A stretch of DNA of 64,000 nucleotides, taken from NCBI GenBank assembly GCA_038244885.1, contig JBBRTA010000002.1, positions 6,436 through 70,435 of the forward strand, read 5' to 3'. A model generated the notes under the pieces. That model searched no databases. It was not told the origin of the DNA and was given only the letters and a program-made list of their open reading frames with translations. The DNA is from Candidatus Saccharimonadales bacterium (GTDB lineage: Bacteria > Patescibacteriota > Saccharimonadia > Saccharimonadales > Saccharimonadaceae). Of this stretch, positions 54,797-61,943 are shown in pieces. Every line of letters begins with the position of its first letter. Position 1 is the first letter of the stretch. The translations under genes and the position numbers were made by a program.

Positions 54797-55622
54797 ATCA
54801 CCATCACAACCAGCCATTTCTGGTTTTACGATCGTCGAGATGTTAATTATTGCACCGATCGTCCTGCTGACCATCGGTGCCTTTATCACCGTTATCGTGA
54901 ATATCACTGGTGAAGTACTAGCTAGCCGTAACGCTAACGTACTCGCCTATAACGTCCAAGACACGCTCAACCGCATAGAAAATGATGTCAAGGCCAACGG
55001 AACATCGTTTGTGGAGGCCAACCGAATTACTCCTCTAACGTCACCCCAAGGGTATGATGATAACATAGCCGGATTCAGCAATGTCGGGGCCAGTGGCACT
55101 ATGCTCATCCTCAATACACCAATGACGACCGGCAATCCCGCTACGCTCTCCAGCAATGTCCTCTACTTCAACGCGCCCAATAGCTGTGCTAGCCTGAACT
55201 TCAACAAAAACGCAACAATGATGATGAACATCGTCTATTTTGTCAAAACTGACGCTATCACTAACATTGGTACATTATGGCGGCGAACGATTGTACCGTC
55301 TAACTATTTGACCGCCGGTACCTGTGGTACACCGTGGCAGCAGCCAAGCTGTCTGACGGGGAGCGGGACCCTCTGCACGACGCAAGATATTCGCCTACTT
55401 GATGGCATCGCCGTGAATGACTTTGTCTTGCAATATTTCACCCTTGCCAGCGACACAGTTCCTAACAGCATCGCTGGCGATATCGCCCAACCGGCTGCTA
55501 GCCGCGCCACAGCCCTGCAGTCAGCCACGACCGTTGGTGCGACACTTACCGCCTCCAAAACCGCCGCTGGACGCACCGTCAGCCAAACCGGTACGATGCG
55601 AGTCAGTCGAGTCACAAATTAA
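54783..55622 (+). CDS. Minor (pseudo)pilin, larger PilW-like type
   Basis: SGFTIVEMLIIAPIVLLTIGAF; 14-nt overlap with the previous gene. Confidence 0.7.
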   Translation: MSNFRSPSQPAISGFTIVEMLIIAPIVLLTIGAFITVIVNITGEVLASRNANVLAYNVQDTLNRIENDVKANGTSFVEANRITPLTSPQGYDDNIAGFSNVGASGTMLILNTPMTTGNPATLSSNVLYFNAPNSCASLNFNKNATMMMNIVYFVKTDAITNIGTLWRRTIVPSNYLTAGTCGTPWQQPSCLTGSGTLCTTQDIRLLDGIAVNDFVLQYFTLASDTVPNSIAGDIAQPAASRATALQSATTVGATLTASKTAAGRTVSQTGTMRVSRVTN

Positions 55623-55652
55623 AAAAGTTCTGTAAATCTTTACAAGAAGTGC

Positions 55653-55681
55653 TTGTGTTTAAAATTACGAACCAGTATCAT
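55653..55681 (+). promoter_or_regulatory. Promoter of pilin paralogue 1
   Basis: TTGTGT - 17 nt - TATCAT, 40 nt before the ATG; same box layout as paralogues 2 and 3. Confidence 0.5.
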
Positions 55682-55720
55682 GATTACATACACTAACTAC
55701 TACATAGGGGGCATTAGGAC

Positions 55721-56251
55721 ATGGTTCTTAACAAAATGAAAGACACTAATAAGACAGCCGGTTTCACGATCGTCGAACTGTTGATTGTTATCGTCGTTAT
55801 AGGTATCTTGGCAGCAATCACGATTGTGGCTTATAGCGGTATTACGGCCCGCGCCAACACGACAAAAGCCCAGACAAATGCCGTTCAGACTCAAAAGGTA
55901 GCCGAAACCTACAATGCAGAGTTAAGTGCGTACCCAAAAACAACTGCTAACTTTGGAGCCGCTCCAACAGCTAAATTGCCTTCTGGTGTTACTCTGTTTT
56001 ACACGGGTGGTACCGGTGTTAACGCAACACCAAGTGCAACCAACGGTGGTGGTACGGTTTGGTACCAGTGGTGCGGTTCTACCAACCTGATAGGAACCTC
56101 CGATGCACAAGGTGGCCGTATCCAATACTGGGACTTTTCTACCAATGCTCTCGCTGTCGCTCCAGCCATAATATATGTCGGGACTGGTTCCGCTACGCTT
56201 GGTGCGGGTGTGGGTACAGCCTGCAACACGTGGTTTACCCCTGCTTCATAA
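55721..56251 (+). CDS. Type IV major-pilin paralogue 1
   Basis: KTAGFTIVELLIVIVVIGILAAITIVAYSGITARANTTKAQTNA; SD GGGGG 9 nt upstream. Confidence 0.88.
   Translation: MVLNKMKDTNKTAGFTIVELLIVIVVIGILAAITIVAYSGITARANTTKAQTNAVQTQKVAETYNAELSAYPKTTANFGAAPTAKLPSGVTLFYTGGTGVNATPSATNGGGTVWYQWCGSTNLIGTSDAQGGRIQYWDFSTNALAVAPAIIYVGTGSATLGAGVGTACNTWFTPAS
55760..55861 (+). repeat. 102-nt near-identical block, copy 1 (pilin N-terminal coding region)
   Basis: ggtttcacgatcgtcgaactgttgattgttatcgtcgttataggtatcttggcagcaatcacgattgtggcttatagcggtattacggcccgcgccaacacg; 2 mismatches to copy 2. Confidence 0.9.
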
Positions 56252-56274
56252 CATTTCGTAAGCTAACATGTCAC

Positions 56275-56305
56275 AAAAGAAGCTTCATCAAACGAAGCTT
56301 CTTTT
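56275..56305 (+). terminator. Intrinsic terminator after pilin 1
   Basis: AAAAGAAGCTTC-atcaaac-GAAGCTTCTTTT. Confidence 0.8.
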
Positions 56306-56367
56306 GGAGTCGCTATCTAGTACCACCTTGCTCTTCTTGGAGTGACCAACGTCTGATTATAATTCGC

Positions 56368-56396
56368 TTGTGGTTATATGTGTCTTATGGTACATT
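56368..56396 (+). promoter_or_regulatory. Promoter of pilin paralogue 2
   Basis: TTGTGG - 17 nt - TACATT with TG one nt upstream of the -10. Confidence 0.5.
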
Positions 56397-56434
56397 TAAC
56401 GTATAAGTAATCAATTAACGGGGGGCAGGTACAA

Positions 56435-56899
56435 ATGTCAAATATGAAAACAAGCACTAACAGTCGAAGCGGTTTCACGATCGTCGAGCTGTTGATTGTT
56501 ATCGTCGTTATCGGTATCTTGGCAGCAATCACGATTGTGGCTTATAGCGGTATTACGGCCCGCGCCAACACGGTCAAGGCACAAACCAACGCCGAGAGTA
56601 TCCAAAAGGTCGCCGAAGCCTACAACGCCGATCCACCTACAGGCGCATCGGGCTATCCTGCTACACGAGGGGCACTAACCGGATACAATGGTTCAGCCAA
56701 AATCCCGTCAGGTATCACCTGGGGTACACCTGCGAATACGTCAACTGCGACTCAAGCATATAATGAGTATGTACCTGGAACTACCCCCGCTAACGGTGGT
56801 TGTATCTATTACTGGAACTACACCACTAGTGCTATCAACTACACCGGAGTGGGTGTTGCGGTAGTCAACGCGGCCGCTACTACTTGCACCAGCGCCTAG
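56435..56899 (+). CDS. Type IV major-pilin paralogue 2
   Basis: RSGFTIVELLIVIVVIGILAAITIVAYSGITARANTVKAQTNA; SD GGGGGG. Confidence 0.88.
   Translation: MSNMKTSTNSRSGFTIVELLIVIVVIGILAAITIVAYSGITARANTVKAQTNAESIQKVAEAYNADPPTGASGYPATRGALTGYNGSAKIPSGITWGTPANTSTATQAYNEYVPGTTPANGGCIYYWNYTTSAINYTGVGVAVVNAAATTCTSA
56471..56572 (+). repeat. 102-nt near-identical block, copy 2
   Basis: Differs from copy 3 at one position (c/t near the 3' end) by my reading. Confidence 0.9.
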
Positions 56900-56930
56900 A
56901 TAGCGTCAGCTCAATATTAAGCTACGGATT

Positions 56931-56962
56931 ACAAAGGTAGGCTCGTGAGAGCCTACCTTTGT
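56931..56962 (+). terminator. Hairpin after pilin 2
   Basis: ACAAAGGTAGGCTC-gtga-GAGCCTACCTTTGT (14-bp stem). Confidence 0.7.
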
Positions 56963-57020
56963 AAAGTAACGAGGTAAGGATGCCTGGTTTCGAGATAGAC
57001 ACATAGTTGATTCATATCGC

Positions 57021-57049
57021 TTGTGGTTACAGCCTCACTGTGTTATATT
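57021..57049 (+). promoter_or_regulatory. Promoter of pilin paralogue 3
   Basis: TTGTGG - 17 nt - TATATT with TG one nt upstream of the -10. Confidence 0.5.
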
Positions 57050-57090
57050 TAACCTATAATTTCATCATTCGTTAGGGGGCAACTGAAAAA

Positions 57091-57615
57091 ATGGCACATC
57101 TAAAAACAAATTCTCAATCACAGAGCGGTTTCACGATCGTCGAGCTGTTGATTGTTATCGTCGTTATCGGTATCTTGGCAGCAATCACGATTGTGGCTTA
57201 TAGCGGTATTACGGCCCGCGCTAACACGACAAGCGGTCAACAGGCGGCGGATAACATCGCCCGCAAAGCAGAGTTATACTACGCCGAGCCTACCACTTCA
57301 AGCTACCCTGCAACCTTCGCCGCGCTATCCGGGGCTGCCGCAACTACCAGTTACTACGTCCCGGCCAGTGCTGGAACACTCGTGACAACAGCGATAGCTG
57401 CCGCACCAGCCAAACCCTCGTATATCAACTTCTACACCTGTGGTACAAGTGGCGCGGTTGCCGCACCTACCTCCATTGGACTCATCACTGCCGTCACCGG
57501 TAATAAGATTGGTACGTGGGACTATACCAATAATGTCGTTGTCTTTGACACGGCGGGCGTCACCAGTGGTCTTGTTGGGACGTTTAACGTCGCCTGCTTT
57601 ATCAGCACGACTTAG
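57091..57615 (+). CDS. Type IV major-pilin paralogue 3
   Basis: QSGFTIVELLIVIVVIGILAAITIVAYSGITARANTTSGQQAA; SD GGGGG. Confidence 0.88.
   Translation: MAHLKTNSQSQSGFTIVELLIVIVVIGILAAITIVAYSGITARANTTSGQQAADNIARKAELYYAEPTTSSYPATFAALSGAAATTSYYVPASAGTLVTTAIAAAPAKPSYINFYTCGTSGAVAAPTSIGLITAVTGNKIGTWDYTNNVVVFDTAGVTSGLVGTFNVACFISTT
57127..57228 (+). repeat. 102-nt near-identical block, copy 3
   Basis: See copies 1 and 2. Confidence 0.9.
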
Positions 57616-57633
57616 CTCCAGCGTTTAAGCACA

Positions 57634-57663
57634 AAAATACCCAGCCCCACGGCTGGGTATTTT
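57634..57663. terminator. Bidirectional terminator between pilin 3 and glyA
   Basis: AAAATACCCAGCC-ccac-GGCTGGGTATTTT. Confidence 0.8.
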
Positions 57664-57676
57664 ATATATGACCTTG

Positions 57677-58957
57677 TTACAGTCGGTCGCTGGGTAGTGG
57701 AAATGACAAAGCGAATTGCTTGACCTCTTCGGCGAGCGCTGCAAGGATAGTCGGGTTATCACGGTTATCAATCGCCTGCTTCATCCAGTCGGCGATCTGG
57801 GCCATATGCTCCTCTTTCAACCCACGAGTGGTGATAGCGGGGGTCCCAAGGCGAATACCACTTGGTTTGAACGGTGGCAACGGGTCATCCGGCACAACGT
57901 TGGCGTTGAGCGTTAACCCAATCTTATCAAGAGCGATTTCGGCGACCTTACCGTCAACGCCAAAGCTCTCATAAACATCAGCTAGTATCAGGTGGTTGCT
58001 GGTACCGCCAGTCACCAGTTGAAAATCACGTTTTAAGAGCTCCTGGGCAAGCGTTTTAGCATTCACGACTACCTGTACGGCGTAATCCTTAAACTCCGGC
58101 TGGAGGGCTTCGTCGAAGGCCACGGCTTTAGCTGCGATGGAGTGCATATGCGGTCCGCCCTGCATACCAGGAAAAACGGCCCGATCGATCAGCGTCGGGA
58201 TGTTTTCAAGCGTCTTTTCGGGAGCCCGCAAAGGACTACTTACGATGCCTTTTGATAGGATCAGTCCCCCGCGTGGTCCGCGGAGCGTTTTATGGGTGGT
58301 AGTGGTAATGACATGGAAGCCAAAGTCGAACGGGTTGGCGCTCACACCGCCGGCGATCAGTCCGGCAATATGGGCCACATCGGCCATCAGCAGGGCGCCG
58401 ACTTCGTTACCGATGGCGGCAAATTTAGCGTAGTCAAGCTCACGCGGATAGGCGCTAAAGCCAGCCAAGATGATTTTTGGTTTGTGCTCTAAGGCTAGCT
58501 CGCGCAGGTTATCATAATCAATCTCACCCGTTGTAGTATCTTTCATCTTATAACGAATAAAGTTATAGAGATGAGCACTGCGTGTTACCGGCGCGCCGTG
58601 GGTTAAATGACCACCGTGGCTGAGGTCCATGGCTAGCACTGTATCGCCCGGCTCCAGCCAGGCACTGTAGACGGCTTCGTTGGCCGGTGCACCCGAATGC
58701 GACTGTACGTTGGCATGGTCAGCCCCGAAAAGCTGCTTGGCCCTGTCAATGGCCAGCTGTTCTACCTGGTCGGTAAATGTTTGGCCACCATAATATCGTT
58801 TTCCCGGATAGCCTTCAGCATATTTGTTGGTAAAAACGCTACCGAGGGCGGTCAACACATCGCGACTGACGTAGTTCTCGCTCGGAATCAGCTCCAACCC
58901 CTCGCGCTGGCGCTTCTCTTCGCCCTCAATCAAAGCTTGTATTTGTGTGTCTATCAT
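57677..58957 (-). CDS. glyA: Serine hydroxymethyltransferase
   Basis: LELIPSENY, PLP-Lys region TTTTHKTLRGPRGG. Confidence 0.95.
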   Translation of the reverse strand: MIDTQIQALIEGEEKRQREGLELIPSENYVSRDVLTALGSVFTNKYAEGYPGKRYYGGQTFTDQVEQLAIDRAKQLFGADHANVQSHSGAPANEAVYSAWLEPGDTVLAMDLSHGGHLTHGAPVTRSAHLYNFIRYKMKDTTTGEIDYDNLRELALEHKPKIILAGFSAYPRELDYAKFAAIGNEVGALLMADVAHIAGLIAGGVSANPFDFGFHVITTTTHKTLRGPRGGLILSKGIVSSPLRAPEKTLENIPTLIDRAVFPGMQGGPHMHSIAAKAVAFDEALQPEFKDYAVQVVVNAKTLAQELLKRDFQLVTGGTSNHLILADVYESFGVDGKVAEIALDKIGLTLNANVVPDDPLPPFKPSGIRLGTPAITTRGLKEEHMAQIADWMKQAIDNRDNPTILAALAEEVKQFALSFPLPSDRL

Positions 58958-58992
58958 GCCAGTAATCTCCTAATAATCTCATTATATCATCA

Positions 58993-59021
58993 TTGACTAT
59001 ATATCATGGACGATATAATAT
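58993..59021 (+). promoter_or_regulatory. Promoter of the HTH-murA gene, leaderless geometry
   Basis: TTGACT - 17 nt - TAATAT - 7 nt - ATG(59029). Confidence 0.55.
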
Positions 59022-59028
59022 AGAGCTT

Positions 59029-60561
59029 ATGACAAATGATTCGTACAAAACCAAAATTGGCACGTTGATACAAGAGACCAGGCAGTCGAGAGGTCTGACC
59101 CAAACGCAGCTGGCCGAAGCACTTAATACCAGCCAGAGCGCTATAAACCGTATCGAAAAAGGTGGCCAAAATATCAGCCTTGAGATGTTATCGCGCATTA
59201 GCGAAGTTCTGTCAAGCCAAATCGTAACGGTCAATCAATCAGGAATCATCAACTTTCAAGTCGACGGCGGCCACCAGCTCTCGGGGAGTATCACCGTCAA
59301 CACCAGCAAGAATGCCGCCGTTGCCCTGCTGTGTGCAGCGCTACTCAACCGAGGCACGACCACCTTACGCAACGTCGCCCGTATTGAAGAAGTCAACCGT
59401 ATCATCGAAGTCCTCAATAGTATCGGCGTCAAAACGAAGTGGTTTGGCGATAATCACCTGGCAATCACCCCTCCTGCCAAGCTCAAACTGGAAGATATGG
59501 ACATCGAAGCCGCCTGCCGCACCCGGAGTATCATTATGTTCCTCGGTCCGCTGCTCCACCGCTACCAGTCGTTCAAACTGCCGTATGCCGGCGGTTGCAA
59601 TTTAGGCGAGCGGACGGTTGAGCCGCACCTTAGCGGACTGGCCTACTTTGGCCTCAAAGTCACAACAGTTAAGGGTTTCTATGAAGCGACGGCAGTCCCT
59701 ACTAAACCAGAGCGAGCAATCGTTTTGTCAGAACGCGGCGACACCGTCACCGAGAATCTGCTAACGGCCGCCTCCTTAAACGACGGCATTACAGTTATTC
59801 GCAACGCCAGTCCAAACTACATGGTCCAAGATTTGTGTTTCTTCCTTGAGAAGCTAGGCGTGGAGATTGACGGTATCGGCACCACCACCCTGACGGTGCA
59901 CGGCGTCCGAGATATCAATAAGAATGTCGAGTATTCCCCTAGCGAGGACCCGATTGAAGCGATGAGTTTTTTGGCAGCCGCCATCGTGACTAAATCTGCC
60001 ATTACCATCAAGCGGGCACCCATCGAATTTCTTGAGATTGAACTCAAAACCCTCGAGGATATGAACTTTGAGTACGATCTATCCGACGAATATACCGCCA
60101 ATAACGGCAAGACTCGCTTGGTAGATATCACGACGAAAGTCAGTAAACTCAAAGCGCCCCTCGACAAGATTCATCCCCTCCCCTTCCCCGGACTCAACAT
60201 CGACAACCTACCGTTCTTCGCAGTGATTGCTGCCACCGCCACCGGACGAACGCTCATCCATGATTGGGTATACGAGAACCGGGCAATCTATTTACTTGAG
60301 TTGTCTAAATTGAACGCCAATGTCAAGTTGCTTGACCCGCACCGCGTGTACATCGAAGGGCCGACCAAATGGAAACCAGCCGAGATTATTACACCACCAG
60401 CCCTCAGGCCCGCGGTTGTGATTCTACTCGGTATGTTGGCGGCACCTGGTATCTCGACGCTTCGCAATGTCTATTCCATCAATCGTGGCTACGAAGACCT
60501 TGCTGAACGCTTGAATACGCTCGGCGCCAAAATCACTGTTATTCGTGACATTACTGGATAA
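59029..60561 (+). CDS. murA: XRE-type helix-turn-helix domain fused to UDP-N-acetylglucosamine 1-carboxyvinyltransferase
   Basis: Residues about 10-65 LIQETRQSRGLTQTQLAEALNTSQSAINRIEKGGQNISLEMLSRISEVL (HTH_XRE); then MurA fold from FQVDGGHQLSGSITVNTSKNAAVALLCAALL, catalytic-loop Cys in YAGGCNLGERTVEPH. Confidence 0.85.
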   Translation: MTNDSYKTKIGTLIQETRQSRGLTQTQLAEALNTSQSAINRIEKGGQNISLEMLSRISEVLSSQIVTVNQSGIINFQVDGGHQLSGSITVNTSKNAAVALLCAALLNRGTTTLRNVARIEEVNRIIEVLNSIGVKTKWFGDNHLAITPPAKLKLEDMDIEAACRTRSIIMFLGPLLHRYQSFKLPYAGGCNLGERTVEPHLSGLAYFGLKVTTVKGFYEATAVPTKPERAIVLSERGDTVTENLLTAASLNDGITVIRNASPNYMVQDLCFFLEKLGVEIDGIGTTTLTVHGVRDINKNVEYSPSEDPIEAMSFLAAAIVTKSAITIKRAPIEFLEIELKTLEDMNFEYDLSDEYTANNGKTRLVDITTKVSKLKAPLDKIHPLPFPGLNIDNLPFFAVIAATATGRTLIHDWVYENRAIYLLELSKLNANVKLLDPHRVYIEGPTKWKPAEIITPPALRPAVVILLGMLAAPGISTLRNVYSINRGYEDLAERLNTLGAKITVIRDITG

Positions 60562-60564
60562 ATT

Positions 60565-60897
60565 CTAGCCAAAGGGGTCGTGAGGACGCTCCGAAGGCTC
60601 ACTGAAGCCCCGGGAAGTAGCGGGAGGAAGTCCCATACCCAAAGGAGGCGCTACGCCGTTCTGATTTGACCCACCAGGCGTCACCGTCTTGGCACGCTGT
60701 ACGCCGTACGCTTGACCGACGATTGAACGATTGTAGGAGCCGACGGCCCGCCTTGTCTGCTCGATTCGCTGTCTATCGTTGAACGAGGTTGGCGACAGCG
60801 ACCCGATACGACCACCGTTAGCAACGTTGGCATAGCCGTTACTGTGAAACGGTTTGCCGGGTTCGGGGTTGACGATATATTTATTTAAATCCATCAT
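60565..60897 (-). CDS. Hypothetical protein (110 aa, Gly/Pro-rich)
   Basis: ORF only; no motif recognised. Confidence 0.4.
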   Translation of the reverse strand: MMDLNKYIVNPEPGKPFHSNGYANVANGGRIGSLSPTSFNDRQRIEQTRRAVGSYNRSIVGQAYGVQRAKTVTPGGSNQNGVAPPLGMGLPPATSRGFSEPSERPHDPFG

Positions 60898-60953
60898 GGT
60901 TATGCTTGGTTGCCTACATTATACACGTGCCGTACTTATATTCAAACACCCGT

Positions 60954-61679
60954 CTAATCAATGCGGTAAAAGCGGCTGTCGATTAACTTCTTGTAAGGAT
61001 CCCAGATTTGTTTGGCTTTTTTATGAGTCAACGTCGACGTCTTAGCTAGAATAATCAGCAACATACTCAATCCCGTGCACAGCATCGCCGCCAAGATTTG
61101 GTAAATATAGCCTTCGCCGGCATCGAGCAACAAGACAAATGATAACGTGATGCTAAATAGAATAAACATAATCATCCATTCGTTACTAAAGACCTTATTT
61201 CTCATTTGCATCGCAAAGTTCGTTCGGTTTTGCTGGTTGGCTACTAATTTATCGAGTAACTGAGCGATACCTACTTCATTCTCGCCCTTGTAATCGAGAC
61301 AGTACGAGATGAGAGCTTCGTATTTCTCTTCGCCAGCACCGGCTTTTTGCTGACGGACGGAGACGCGTAAATAAGCCAGAATCATATCCTGCAGCGTATT
61401 GTTTAGCTGCTTTGGAAATTTCTTTAAATTAATAACCATCGCGAAGATAGCGTTTGATTCAGATCGGACAATCCTGTGTAAGTCTTCGATTCTGGCTTTT
61501 TGGGCACTCAAAATCGGTGCGATATAGAACCCATAAAGAAACGAGTTAACTGAGAAAAGCGTCAGCGCTCCACTACTGAACTTCATGCGCGGGAGGAACG
61601 TTACTAGAATTGCGAACACGAAGAATAGCCCTATGAAGTAATAGCTTAACCTAATTTTTGTAAGTAATAGTTTTTTCAT
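60954..61679 (-). CDS. Hypothetical membrane protein (241 aa)
   Basis: Start moved to ATG 61679 (AAGGA 5 nt upstream); TM helices at both ends, helical middle. Confidence 0.55.
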   Translation of the reverse strand: MKKLLLTKIRLSYYFIGLFFVFAILVTFLPRMKFSSGALTLFSVNSFLYGFYIAPILSAQKARIEDLHRIVRSESNAIFAMVINLKKFPKQLNNTLQDMILAYLRVSVRQQKAGAGEEKYEALISYCLDYKGENEVGIAQLLDKLVANQQNRTNFAMQMRNKVFSNEWMIMFILFSITLSFVLLLDAGEGYIYQILAAMLCTGLSMLLIILAKTSTLTHKKAKQIWDPYKKLIDSRFYRID

Positions 61680-61812
61680 TTTTATCCTTGATTGATTACT
61701 CATCAGTATAGGATAAAACCTCGCAAAAAGCACATGTTTATATAAAGTCTTCACAATGGAACGATACTTTTTGCCAGGAATAGAGTCGTCGTGCGAAGTA
61801 GGAACCAAATGC

Positions 61813-61840
61813 TTGGACCAGAAACCGCTTGTGTTACAAT
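61813..61840 (+). promoter_or_regulatory. Promoter of the PyrB-like gene
   Basis: TTGGAC - 16 nt - TACAAT with TG extension (gTGtTACAAT). Confidence 0.5.
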
Positions 61841-61901
61841 GTCTGGTGGGAGTTTTGGAATTTTAAGAAAACTAAATCAAACAGCATTCAACAATAGCAA
61901 C

Positions 61902-61930
61902 AACCGGTAGGGTAACCTACCGGTTTTTTT
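61902..61930 (+). promoter_or_regulatory. Leader terminator (attenuator) between promoter and the PyrB-like start
   Basis: AACCGGTAGG-gtaa-CCTACCGGTT + TTTTT (7-T run incl. stem end), 2 nt before SD AAGGAG; no + strand gene upstream to terminate. Confidence 0.6.
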
Positions 61931-61943
61931 ATAAGGAGACAAG

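Noticed and set aside
61839-61910. 23-codon leader-peptide ORF (MSGGSFGILRKLNQTAFNNSNNR) ending inside the attenuator stem
   Set aside because: Its ATG overlaps the predicted -10 hexamer, so it would not be on the transcript from that promoter, and it has no SD. It is mentioned in the attenuator finding but not called as a CDS.
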